A DNA stretch of 64,000 bases from an uncultured Alphaproteobacteria bacterium (GTDB lineage Bacteria; Pseudomonadota; Alphaproteobacteria; HIMB59; GCA-002718135), in the NCBI GenBank assembly GCA_902518705.1, contig CABYHW010000005.1, positions 1,101-65,100 of the forward strand, in the 5' to 3' direction. The notes below the pieces were generated by a model. The model did not search any database and was not told the DNA's origin. It worked only from the letters and a program-made list of their open reading frames with translations. The stretch's first letter is position 1; every line of letters starts with the position of its first letter. Of the stretch, positions 47,784 through 57,307 are shown piece after piece. Both the position numbers and the translations under genes were made by a program.

Positions 47784-50204
47784 ATGTTTGTAAGCGTGGT
47801 CAAAATAAATAAATACTTAATTTACCTTTTCCTATTTTTATTTTTCAATTGTATTCATATTGGCCCTATTATAGCAGCTGACACGTCATACGATAATATC
47901 TATTATGATGTACCTACAGGAAAGGCACAATATATAAGAGGCATAACTTTCAATAATGATGGAACTAAAATGTTCATAACTGGCGGGAAAGTAGCTCAAT
48001 TTACTTTATCAACTGGATTTGATTTATCATCAACAATTGGGACAAGTTTAGATAGCTTTAATGCCGGACTTGCTCCTCAAGATATTAGATTTAATAATGA
48101 TGGTACAAAAATGTTCCTTGCGCCTCACAGCAGTTTTGATTTGAGACAGTATTCTCTAAGTACAGCTTTCGATGTTACAACAGCAACCAGTGATGGTGTT
48201 GATTATGAATTATCAAATCGTAACGCGACTAATCCAGGTTCTGTGGGTTTAGCATTTAACAGTGATGGTACTAAAATGTTTACTACTGATTCTGCTAATG
48301 GAGGTGAGATTGATGAATACAGTTTATCAACTGGATTTGATTTATCATCAGTCACATATGTGCGTACTTTATCTATTTCAAGCAATACTGGCGGTGATCC
48401 AAGATCATTGATATTTAGTCCTGATGGAACGACAATGTTCATTTTGGATAGTGAGGAAATTGATGAATATGTCTTAACTACAGGTTATGATCTTTCAACT
48501 GCTAAATATGCAGATACTTTTGCAGCAGGTACGACGAAAGCTTGGAGTATTGCATTAAATAATCAAGGAACAAAATTATTTATTGCTCAAAACGATAACA
48601 ATAGGGTGAGACAGTATTCATTACCTGCAGCCTATAATTTAACAACGCCAACTCTTAGTTCTTCAGTACCAGCAGATAATGCTACTGGTGTTTTAATAGA
48701 TGCTAATATAATTCTAAATTTTAGTGAACCGATGGATGTAGAAAGTGGCAATATAAAAATTTATAAAACATCTGATAATTCTCTTGTTGAAACAATAGAT
48801 GTCACCAGTAGTCAAGTAACAGGTACTGGAACAACTGCCATAACAATTAATCCTAGCTCAGATTTTGAATATAATGTTGAATATTATGTTTTAATTGATG
48901 CCACAGCTTTTGATGACGGAAGTGATGCTTCTTATGCTGGTATAACATCAACAACGGCTTTAAGTTTTACTGTTAGCGATGATAGGTTGGATCCAACAAC
49001 AATTAAAGATGTTGTAGGCTCCATAGATGCGCAAAGTGAATTAGCAAAAAACTATATTAGTCAGTCTATTGATACTGTCTCAAATCGTTTACGATTTTTA
49101 AGACAAAATAGATTAAGTGATTCTTTGTCGAGCCAAGGTTTACAATTAGATATTGATAATAACATTCTTGCCTCATTAGCAAATGATAATATAGAAAAAA
49201 ATGCCAATTCCATTATGCCAGGTAATTGGTCTGCATGGACATCTGGATCAACTTATGTATCAAAAATTGGTGATAGTATAAATTCATCAAAACAAGAAAC
49301 TGAAGGTCAAGCAGTAGCATTAGGATTTGATAAAAAATTAAGTGATAGTGATTTTCTTGGTTTTGCTATTCAGTATGGTGAAAGTGATACGGATATTGGA
49401 ACAAATGGAACAAGTGTTGATAGTGAAAATATAAATTTCTCTATTTACCGAGCAAGGCCACTTGATAATAATAATTTTATCGAAACACTATTAGGCATAG
49501 GGTTAATAGAAAGTGATTTGAAAAGAGTCCATAATTCTAATGTATTAACTGGGACGCGGGATGGAACACAAATATTTGGCTCTATCAATTACGGTAAAAC
49601 AATTGATAAAGGTGATTTTAATATAACACCAATTGGACGTCTTGATTTAGGTTATACTAAACTTGATGACTACAAGGAGACTGGATTAAATGCGTTGTAT
49701 TATGCAAGTCAGAGAATTGAGAGTGGATTAGCCTCATTTGGTTTTGAAGTTAGTGATAATATTCAGTTTAATGAAAATAAATTTCAACCATTTGGATCGC
49801 TTAAATTTATTACTGATTTTAGTAACAAATCTGATGCCAAGATCAATTATGTAACAGACACTTCAACAATTTATACTTATACGCAAGAAGCTAATTCAGA
49901 TCATTTAATCAGCTCTATGATTGGGTTAACATTTATTGCTGGAGATTATTTAAATATTAACTCTAGTTATAGTAGGGTTCAAGGTAACAGGAGTGAACGT
50001 AGAGATACTATAGATTTTGCTATTAACTTTATATCAAATCGTGAGACACAATACAGTCTGTCATTAGCTGGTGATGAAAACACAGAGGCTAAACTTGGTA
50101 TATCAAAAAATATATATGGTTTTGATTTAGGGTTTAATGCTAATCAGTCTATTAGTAATAATTCTAATCAAGAAGCAGAATTAATACTCACGTACAATTT
50201 TTAA
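47784..50204 (+). CDS. Autotransporter (type Va) outer-membrane protein: signal peptide, 5 propeller-like repeats, Ig-like domain, helical linker, beta-barrel
   Basis: Signal peptide ending IIAAD. Repeats of consensus FNNDGTKMF...Y.LST.FDLSS. An Ig-like module (LSSSVPADNATGV...ALSFTV). A C-terminal half of alternating-hydrophobic beta-strands ending ELILTYNF (terminal Phe). Confidence 0.75.
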   Translation: MFVSVVKINKYLIYLFLFLFFNCIHIGPIIAADTSYDNIYYDVPTGKAQYIRGITFNNDGTKMFITGGKVAQFTLSTGFDLSSTIGTSLDSFNAGLAPQDIRFNNDGTKMFLAPHSSFDLRQYSLSTAFDVTTATSDGVDYELSNRNATNPGSVGLAFNSDGTKMFTTDSANGGEIDEYSLSTGFDLSSVTYVRTLSISSNTGGDPRSLIFSPDGTTMFILDSEEIDEYVLTTGYDLSTAKYADTFAAGTTKAWSIALNNQGTKLFIAQNDNNRVRQYSLPAAYNLTTPTLSSSVPADNATGVLIDANIILNFSEPMDVESGNIKIYKTSDNSLVETIDVTSSQVTGTGTTAITINPSSDFEYNVEYYVLIDATAFDDGSDASYAGITSTTALSFTVSDDRLDPTTIKDVVGSIDAQSELAKNYISQSIDTVSNRLRFLRQNRLSDSLSSQGLQLDIDNNILASLANDNIEKNANSIMPGNWSAWTSGSTYVSKIGDSINSSKQETEGQAVALGFDKKLSDSDFLGFAIQYGESDTDIGTNGTSVDSENINFSIYRARPLDNNNFIETLLGIGLIESDLKRVHNSNVLTGTRDGTQIFGSINYGKTIDKGDFNITPIGRLDLGYTKLDDYKETGLNALYYASQRIESGLASFGFEVSDNIQFNENKFQPFGSLKFITDFSNKSDAKINYVTDTSTIYTYTQEANSDHLISSMIGLTFIAGDYLNINSSYSRVQGNRSERRDTIDFAINFISNRETQYSLSLAGDENTEAKLGISKNIYGFDLGFNANQSISNNSNQEAELILTYNF
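47931..48647 (+). repeat. Five tandem 47-55-codon repeats inside the autotransporter passenger
   Basis: ITFNNDGTKMFITGG..QFTLSTGFDLSS / IRFNNDGTKMFLAP..QYSLSTAFDVTT / LAFNSDGTKMFTTD..EYSLSTGFDLSS / LIFSPDGTTMFILD..EYVLTTGYDLST / IALNNQGTKLFIAQ..QYSLPAAYNLTT. Confidence 0.8.
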
Positions 50205-50209
50205 AAATA

Positions 50210-51280
50210 CTAATTTAGTTTATCTTTACGGTAATTAGATCGTATTTCATCTAGTAGGATTGATTTAGACTTGTTCTTTACATGCCAAAAATCCCATCCA
50301 TTACAACTTGGTAGTCCTTGTATCTTTGCTCCCATTTGATGAATAGAACCTGATAAATCTTTTATTTTAAGTGTACCATCAATACTAACCGTTGCTCTAA
50401 AGCGTTCTTTTTTATCTGTTAATACGGCGCCGGGTGGGATAATTCCTTGCTCGACTAATTCACCAAAAGGAACTTTTGGTAATTCTTTTCTACTTTTGGC
50501 AATAGTCACAACTTCTTCTTTTAACACTTTTGTATTCTTTAATCGTTCTTTTGAAAGTTTAACGTAATCTTTATCTTTTTCTATTCCAATAAAGTTACGT
50601 TGTAATTTCTTTGCAACAACCGCAGTTGTCCCACTTCCAGAAAAAGGATCAAGAACAAGATCACCTTTGTTTGTTGAGGCTAATAGAATTCGGTAGAGTA
50701 GAGCTTCTGGTTTTTGTGTTGGGTGTGATCGTTGATTGTTATCTTTACGTAATCTTTCTTTCCCTGAACAAATAGGAATATACCAGTCACTACGCATTTG
50801 TTTTCCTTCATTTAGTTCTTTGAGATTTTGATAGTTGAATGTGTATTTTGCCTCTCTTGATGTTGTGCACCATAAAAGTGTTTCATGGGCATTTGTGAAA
50901 CGTGTACCACGAAAGTTTGGCATAGGGTTTGTTTTATGCCAAATAATATCATTCAAGATCCATAAGCCTTCATCTTGGATTGTAGAACCTACACGTAAAA
51001 TATTATGATAACTCCCTATGACCCAAAGCGCTCCACCTTTTTTTAAAACACGTTTACATTCATTAAGCCATGCATTGGTAAATTGATCATATTCTTTATA
51101 TGTGCTAAATTTATCCCAATCTTGTGTAACAGCTTCTACTGTTGTTTGATCTGGTCTGTATAATGTATCTTTTAATTGAAGATTGTATGGCGGATCAGCA
51201 AAAATAAGATCAACCGAATGATCTTTTAGTTTTTTCATTTTCTTAATTGAATCGCCTAAAATGATCTGATTTTTCTTCAT
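50210..51280 (-). CDS. ccrM: Cell-cycle-type N6-adenine DNA methyltransferase (GANTC-specific CcrM family)
   Basis: Beta-class motif order: FADPPYNL (motif IV) comes before [13 protein letters not shown] (motif I). The 356-aa size and ~80-aa C-terminal extension are as in CcrM. Confidence 0.85.
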   Translation of the reverse strand: MKKNQIILGDSIKKMKKLKDHSVDLIFADPPYNLQLKDTLYRPDQTTVEAVTQDWDKFSTYKEYDQFTNAWLNECKRVLKKGGALWVIGSYHNILRVGSTIQDEGLWILNDIIWHKTNPMPNFRGTRFTNAHETLLWCTTSREAKYTFNYQNLKELNEGKQMRSDWYIPICSGKERLRKDNNQRSHPTQKPEALLYRILLASTNKGDLVLDPFSGSGTTAVVAKKLQRNFIGIEKDKDYVKLSKERLKNTKVLKEEVVTIAKSRKELPKVPFGELVEQGIIPPGAVLTDKKERFRATVSIDGTLKIKDLSGSIHQMGAKIQGLPSCNGWDFWHVKNKSKSILLDEIRSNYRKDKLN

Positions 51281-51346
51281 AATTGATAAAAAGAATCTTT
51301 AAGCAGATATGGAATCAGGTCAATTGAGTTATCAACAGGGGGAATC
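51249..51346. promoter_or_regulatory. Cluster of four GANTC (GAATC) sites at and just upstream of the ccrM start
   Basis: GAATC at 51249-51253, 51293-51297, 51312-51316 and 51342-51346. The ccrM ATG is at 51280-51278 on the minus strand. Confidence 0.45.
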
Positions 51347-51383
51347 TTTAGGTAGGGATAACCATAAAATTTGGCAAAAAACA

Positions 51384-51408
51384 TAAAAAAAGGGGTCCGT
51401 AGACCCCT
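51384..51408 (-). terminator. Rho-independent terminator downstream of rnhB
   Basis: On the minus strand: AGGGGTC-TACG-GACCCCT followed by TTTTTTT. It is the most GC-rich hairpin I saw in the window. Confidence 0.75.
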
Positions 51409-51532
51409 AGAATAGTTCATCAAATGGGAGGAATGATGAAATCTAGTTTATATTTAGTATTTGTCGCATCTTTTTGAAGCATAATAAAATGATATTTATT
51501 ATGCAGTATTTGCATGGATAAATTTCAGAAAT

Positions 51533-52147
51533 TTATTTTTTTAATAGAGATTTAATTGGCTCAAAAGATTTTCGGTGAAAATTAGTTATCCCATGTTTAT
51601 GTATTGCATCAATATGTTTTTTAGTTCCATATCCCGCATTTTTTTTCCAATCATAAACTTTAAATTTAGAATCAAGCATACTCATCAGTCGATCACGGTG
51701 AACTTTTGCAATAATAGATGCGCTTGCAATGGATAAAGATTTTTTATCACCACTTATAATGGATTTTTCATTTTGATAATTCAATGAAAAATTTCCATCA
51801 ATAATAAGATTGGGATTTTCAAAATTAAATTTATGTATTACTCTTTTCATCGATAGTTTTGTTGCTTCCAAAATATTAATTGTATCGATTTCTTCTACAC
51901 TCGCATAACCTAAGTAATATTGAAGTTTTCTTTCTTTTTGTAATTTTTTAAAATATATAAATAATTTTTCTCTCTGTTTTGCCGTATGTTTTTTTGAATC
52001 AGTTATGGGTATTTCTGATTCTAAATCATCATAATTAGAAAAATAACATCCACAACTAACTACTGGACCTGCTAATGGACCTCTGCCAACTTCATCTAAA
52101 CCAATTACAGGTCCATTGATTGATTTTTCTATAGAAAAATCAGTCAC
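51533..52147 (-). CDS. rnhB: Ribonuclease HII
   Basis: GLDEVGRGPLAGPVV catalytic motif, DSKK, ASIIAKV. Confidence 0.95.
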   Translation of the reverse strand: MTDFSIEKSINGPVIGLDEVGRGPLAGPVVSCGCYFSNYDDLESEIPITDSKKHTAKQREKLFIYFKKLQKERKLQYYLGYASVEEIDTINILEATKLSMKRVIHKFNFENPNLIIDGNFSLNYQNEKSIISGDKKSLSIASASIIAKVHRDRLMSMLDSKFKVYDWKKNAGYGTKKHIDAIHKHGITNFHRKSFEPIKSLLKK

Positions 52148-52674
52148 TATTTTTCATTTAATCTTGGCATGATTTCAACAAAATTACATGGCTTATGTCT
52201 AATGTCTAATTGATATTTTAAAATTTCGTCCCAGCCGTCCTTGCATGCGCCCGTTGATCCAGGTAAGCAAAAAACATAGGTACTATTTATTAAAGCTGCA
52301 ACTGCACGTGATTGAATTGCCGATGTACCAATTTTTTCAAAACTAACTTGACGAAATAATTCTCCAAATCCATCAATATGTTTACTGGCAATAGCATTAA
52401 TAGCTTCTGGTGTTGTATCTCTTCCTGTTAAACCAGTACCACCAGTTGTAATAATGCAATCAATTTCTTCTTCTTTTGACATTGTATCTAAAGTATCTTT
52501 TATTTGGGAAACATCATCTGGGATAATTGTACGTTTAATCATTGTATGACCAGCATCAGTAATGCGCTTTTCTAATGTATCTCCAGATGTATCATTCTCT
52601 TTAGTTCTTGAATCTGAAATTGTAATTACAGCAATATTTATAGGAACAAAATCTAGAGAAGTATCAATTGGCAT
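52147..52674 (-). CDS. moaB: MoaB/MogA-family molybdopterin-binding protein
   Basis: TTGGTGLTGRD motif. 175 aa. Confidence 0.7.
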   Translation of the reverse strand: MPIDTSLDFVPINIAVITISDSRTKENDTSGDTLEKRITDAGHTMIKRTIIPDDVSQIKDTLDTMSKEEEIDCIITTGGTGLTGRDTTPEAINAIASKHIDGFGELFRQVSFEKIGTSAIQSRAVAALINSTYVFCLPGSTGACKDGWDEILKYQLDIRHKPCNFVEIMPRLNEK

Positions 52675-52680
52675 AACTTA

Positions 52681-54426
52681 TTAATAAAGTGGATCATTTC
52701 CATTTGCTAGCATTTTTAGGGAACGCATTTCTTTATTATTTTTATTTTGGTAAATCCAATATTTTGTTAAGATTTTTTCAATAAACCACCTTGTTTCTCT
52801 TGAAGGAATACTTTCCATAAAGAAAAGTGAGTCTTCCATATAATTTGTTTCATTTTTCCATTTTTGTAAATTTCCTGGACCACCATTATATGCTGCTGCC
52901 AGAAATATAAGATTTCTTGAAACTTGCTCTAGATCAAGAAGGTACGTTAAGTATTCTTGTCCAACCTCTAAATTTATCTCTGGATTTTTAAGAATGTTAC
53001 TATTACTTCTTTTAACGTCTTTGCTTTTGGTGATAAATTTTGCCGTTGAAGGTAATACCTGCATTAAACCTATGGCACCGTCTTTACTTTTAGCTTTAAT
53101 ATTAAACATAGATTCTTGATGCATAAAGGCGTGAAGTAATTCTGTTTCTAATTTGAAACCATCTCTTGGTTTCCAGATACTTGTTGGGTAATAGAGGTAG
53201 GTTGGAACATCCATTCCAAAATTTTCGAGCTTATTGACAATTTTTAATTGCGTATAGGCTAGATCAAAATTTTCAGCAATTTGAATAGACTCCTTTGCTA
53301 TTTCTCTATTTAAAATGGAATTGATATGCACAATTTCCTTTTCTAACTCATCAGCAAATCCAACCTGTATTAGTGTCTGCATTCTTTTTCCTGCTGGTAT
53401 ATTTAAAATAGTACTATTATTCTTATTTAGATCAGTATGTTCTACCCATTCTATTTTTTCATCTACACCTAAAATTTCTAATGCAAGCATTCCATAAAAA
53501 CTATTTGGATTATTTGATGCTCTTTTTAACCAAAAATTAATATCATCATAACGACCAAGTTTTGCATATGATCTAGCTGTCCAAAAACTTCCTGACGTTT
53601 GATGCCACGCATCATCTTTTAAACTAATCGAAAAGAGAGAAAAATATTTTGCAGCATCTTCATATTTTTCTAGCCTCCAAGAAGATAAACCAGCAGTCCA
53701 AGCCGCATAAGGAACATATTTTGCAGAATTTACAAGAGCTTCAGAAGCGTATTGAATTGCCAAGTCATTTTTATTTGCTAAGAAATATCCTTTGGCGATT
53801 AATTCTTTTTGTTGATCTATCTCAACTTGATCTAATAATAGATCTACATCTCTTTGATTTAATAATTGTACTGCACCTGTCGGCCATCCTTTATTAACTC
53901 TTGATTTAATTCCTTTAATTAATTTTCTTTTTTCAGTTCTTTGATTGTTAGAGAGTTTTTTAGAACTTTTATATTTACTAGTCTTTTTACTGGTTACCTG
54001 TTCTGACTCTATTCCAATTGGAATGCTTGGTTTAGTCGGGCTTTTATAACCCTCTGGCATTCTTCGAATAGCCAATTTATAAATTTGTTTTGCTTGTGGG
54101 TGGTCATTATATTTTTTGAGCCAATAATATAGTTCTAAATACTTTGATCGATAACAATTTGGATGCAAAAACTTTTGTGCATAGATGTGTCCTAATAAAG
54201 ATTTATTTTTAATTTTTAAAATAAAATTGTTTGCACTTTTCCATTTGCATATATCTTGAAACTTGTATGCTTGTTGATAGTTATATACATCTTCTTCACT
54301 AAGAACCTTTGATGAGAATATATCATCGTATTTGGTGACTATATCTTGTTGGTATGAGTAGACTTGTTTTGAAAAAATTATAAAGAATACAAAAAAACAA
54401 AAAATTAAAAATTTTTTATGATACAT
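52681..54426 (-). CDS. slt: Soluble lytic murein transglycosylase (Slt70-like)
   Basis: Signal peptide, a superhelical repeat region, and a C-terminal SLT domain HQESMFN...SKDGAIGLMQV...AAYNGGPG. Confidence 0.85.
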   Translation of the reverse strand: MYHKKFLIFCFFVFFIIFSKQVYSYQQDIVTKYDDIFSSKVLSEEDVYNYQQAYKFQDICKWKSANNFILKIKNKSLLGHIYAQKFLHPNCYRSKYLELYYWLKKYNDHPQAKQIYKLAIRRMPEGYKSPTKPSIPIGIESEQVTSKKTSKYKSSKKLSNNQRTEKRKLIKGIKSRVNKGWPTGAVQLLNQRDVDLLLDQVEIDQQKELIAKGYFLANKNDLAIQYASEALVNSAKYVPYAAWTAGLSSWRLEKYEDAAKYFSLFSISLKDDAWHQTSGSFWTARSYAKLGRYDDINFWLKRASNNPNSFYGMLALEILGVDEKIEWVEHTDLNKNNSTILNIPAGKRMQTLIQVGFADELEKEIVHINSILNREIAKESIQIAENFDLAYTQLKIVNKLENFGMDVPTYLYYPTSIWKPRDGFKLETELLHAFMHQESMFNIKAKSKDGAIGLMQVLPSTAKFITKSKDVKRSNSNILKNPEINLEVGQEYLTYLLDLEQVSRNLIFLAAAYNGGPGNLQKWKNETNYMEDSLFFMESIPSRETRWFIEKILTKYWIYQNKNNKEMRSLKMLANGNDPLY

Positions 54427-55126
54427 TTTTTAATTTCTCTTGTAGCATTTGTAAATCTTCCCAAGAATGTTTTTTATACTGAGGAGATCGCAGTAAAAAA
54501 GCAGGATGATAGGAAGCTATTGTAGGAATTGATTCATCTAAATTGAGTGATTTGTATTCATGCAATTTACCTCTGAGTTTTCCAAGCGCTAGAGGCGTTG
54601 ATAAAATAGCTTTTGCTGCAACGCCTCCTAATAGAAAGATAAATTTTGGTTTAATAATATCAATTTGTCTTTGCAAAAATGGTAAAAATTCTAAAATTTC
54701 TTCATCATTAGGTGTTCTATTATCAGGCGGGCGCCAATTAACGACATTAGTAATGTAGACATCTTCTCTTTGTAAATTAATTGCTAAAAGCATTTTATTT
54801 AATAGTTGCCCAGCTCTCCCAACAAATGGAATACCTTGCTGATCCTCATCTCTTCCTGGAGCCTCACCTATTAACATAACTTTTGCATTTAAATTTCCAT
54901 CATAGACTACTAAATTTTTTGCAGTTTTTTGAAGATTAGATTTGTGATCTTTAAGGTCTTGAATCACATCATCAATTTTCTTTTTTTTATCCCCAGCATT
55001 GATATTGGGATCAGGTAATTCAGATTTTTTCTCATTTTCAAACCAGTTTCTTGGAGAATCTTGAAGAAAATAGTTTACTCCAGAATTAACTATGAATTCT
55101 AAATTTTTTTTATTTGATTGATTCAT
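54416..55126 (-). CDS. Uracil-DNA glycosylase, family 4
   Basis: GEAPGRDEDQQGIPFVGRAG and HPAFLLR motifs, with a ~70-aa N-terminal extension. Confidence 0.85.
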   Translation of the reverse strand: MNQSNKKNLEFIVNSGVNYFLQDSPRNWFENEKKSELPDPNINAGDKKKKIDDVIQDLKDHKSNLQKTAKNLVVYDGNLNAKVMLIGEAPGRDEDQQGIPFVGRAGQLLNKMLLAINLQREDVYITNVVNWRPPDNRTPNDEEILEFLPFLQRQIDIIKPKFIFLLGGVAAKAILSTPLALGKLRGKLHEYKSLNLDESIPTIASYHPAFLLRSPQYKKHSWEDLQMLQEKLKNVS

Positions 55127-55173
55127 GCAAAATTACAATTATCTATTCATAGTGTAACTCTAGTATATTTAAA

Positions 55174-56481
55174 ATGATTAATTTGATTAAAAAATGGTTT
55201 TTTATTTGTCTTCTTATCTCCTTCAATACTAGTGTTTTTGCAACAAATAGTTCTAACTTTTTAATCTCACAACTAGCCTTTAAAAATTATGATTATCCTG
55301 CAACATTATTGAATTTTAATGCCGATAAAATAAAACTATCACAAGACCAACTACTTGATAAAGCAATAGCGGCAATTATTACCGAAGACATTAATTTAGC
55401 CAAAGATATTGCTAATAAAATTTTGGAAAAAAACAAAAATAATCAAGAAGCATATATAATTAAAATTTCATCCTTATTTTTAGATAAAAAGTTTAATCAG
55501 ATAAAAGAATTACGAGATAATTTAGATCAACCAAATGAATTACTAGATTTTATTTTCTTCACAAATAATAGACTTAAGGATGGTACTACCATTAGTCGTT
55601 CACTTGTTGAAATTGTTGCATCATCTTTTTCAAACAATGAGCAAAGACGTTTAAATTATAATTTCTTATTATTTTATGCTTCACTTGCCAAATTAACTGA
55701 TCCTAAAAATGAAAGAGCAATAATTATTAAGGCTGAACTATTTGATCAAGTTGGTCAATTCGAAGTGGCAAGAGATACTTTGGAGAAGATAAGGAAGGAA
55801 AGTCCATATTATTTAGATGCACAAAGTAGTTTAGCAATAAATTATTTATATAATAGTTCATATGAAGATGCTGAAAATAAAATTTTATCTATTCTACAAA
55901 ATAACAATAACAATTATTCTCTTAAAAAAATTCTTGGTGACTTTTATCGGTACAATAAAAAATATGATTTAGCTTTATCAATTTATAACCAGATGATTGA
56001 AGAAAACCGCGGTGACGTTTGGAATATATATTATATGAGAGGGATATGTTTTGAACAATTAGGTGATTGGGATTTGGCAGAAAAAGATTTTTTAAAATCA
56101 CTTGAAATAAAACCTGATAGTCCAAATGTATTAAATTATCTTGCATATGGTTGGGTTGAAAGAGAAATGAAATTAGATCGTTCTTTGCAAATGTTAGAAG
56201 AAGCATATGAAGCTAACCCTGAGAGTTTCTATATTATTGACAGTCTTGCTTGGGCACATTTTAAAAAAAATAATCTTTCAGAAGCTGCTCGTTTAATGGA
56301 AATGGTAATAGATATTGCGCCAGGTGAAGCAATATCTCTAGACCATCTCGGAGATATTTATTATGCTATGAATAGAAAAAGAGAAGCTATTCATTTCTGG
56401 CAACAAGCTCTAGAATTAGCTGAACCTGAAGATGAAATTGAAGAAAATGTAAAAATTAAATTAGAAAAATTTAATGGATAA
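55174..56481 (+). CDS. Periplasmic TPR-repeat protein
   Basis: Signal peptide. TPR-like 34-aa repeats in the C-terminal half (e.g. WNIYYMRGICFEQLGDWDLAEKDFLKSLEIKPDSP). Confidence 0.7.
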   Translation: MINLIKKWFFICLLISFNTSVFATNSSNFLISQLAFKNYDYPATLLNFNADKIKLSQDQLLDKAIAAIITEDINLAKDIANKILEKNKNNQEAYIIKISSLFLDKKFNQIKELRDNLDQPNELLDFIFFTNNRLKDGTTISRSLVEIVASSFSNNEQRRLNYNFLLFYASLAKLTDPKNERAIIIKAELFDQVGQFEVARDTLEKIRKESPYYLDAQSSLAINYLYNSSYEDAENKILSILQNNNNNYSLKKILGDFYRYNKKYDLALSIYNQMIEENRGDVWNIYYMRGICFEQLGDWDLAEKDFLKSLEIKPDSPNVLNYLAYGWVEREMKLDRSLQMLEEAYEANPESFYIIDSLAWAHFKKNNLSEAARLMEMVIDIAPGEAISLDHLGDIYYAMNRKREAIHFWQQALELAEPEDEIEENVKIKLEKFNG

Positions 56482-57307
56482 TAGTATTACTGAGAAATCG
56501 CCTGCAAAAATAAATTTATTTCTTAAAATTTTAAATCGAAGAGAAGATAATTACCATAATATTAGAACAGGAATAACCAGTATTAATTTATGTGATGAAA
56601 TAGAGGTAAAACCAAGCAACCAATTTAATGTTGCATACAATGGTGCATTTGCTCCAGAAAATAATATATTTGATGATTGTATTATAAAAAAAATATTTAG
56701 TTTTTTGAATATCTCACCTCCCAACATTTCGTTTTCAATTACAAAAAACTTTCCCTATCAAGCTGGATTGGGCTCGGCATCTTCAAATGCAGCAACGGTA
56801 ATAAAGATCCTAGAAAATCTAGAAATTATTAATAAAAAAAATATTTTTGACTATACAGATTTAGGTTCTGATATTCCTTTCTTTCTTAATCAACACGATA
56901 GCTTGGTAAGAGGAAGAGGAGACTTAATCTCAAATATTGTCTTCCCAAAATATTTTTTCTTAATAACAAAACCTAATTTTAATTGCTCCACAAAAAAAAT
57001 GTACGACACATTCATTCCTTCTGATTTTGATTATAATGTCGAGGAAGATATTGAAGAAATTAATGATAACGATAACGGGAATGATTTTGAAAAAGTAATT
57101 AAAAAACTCGAGCCTGATTTTAATGCTATTTATAATAAGATGGATAATTTAGAAGATACTATTTTTACAAGACTAACAGGTAGTGGATCATGTATTTTTT
57201 CAGTTTTTGAAAATAAACTTACAGCTGAAAATGCAAAAAATTCTTTTCTTAAAACTTATCCAAATTTATGGGTAGCAGTTGCTGAAAATAATAATATAAA
57301 ATTATAA
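56474..57307 (+). CDS. ispE: 4-diphosphocytidyl-2-C-methyl-D-erythritol kinase
   Basis: PAKINLFLKI N-terminus and GHMP motif GLGSASSNAA. 8-nt overlap with the TPR gene. Confidence 0.9.
   Translation: MDNSITEKSPAKINLFLKILNRREDNYHNIRTGITSINLCDEIEVKPSNQFNVAYNGAFAPENNIFDDCIIKKIFSFLNISPPNISFSITKNFPYQAGLGSASSNAATVIKILENLEIINKKNIFDYTDLGSDIPFFLNQHDSLVRGRGDLISNIVFPKYFFLITKPNFNCSTKKMYDTFIPSDFDYNVEEDIEEINDNDNGNDFEKVIKKLEPDFNAIYNKMDNLEDTIFTRLTGSGSCIFSVFENKLTAENAKNSFLKTYPNLWVAVAENNNIKL

Noticed and set aside
51281-51532. Possible tRNA, tmRNA or known riboswitch in the only large spacer.
   Set aside because: I found no cloverleaf-compatible arms, no GTTCRANNC T-loop and no recognisable riboswitch core. 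The GC-rich hairpin plus T-run is explained as a terminator. The mini-ORFs are reported only as a low-interest note.
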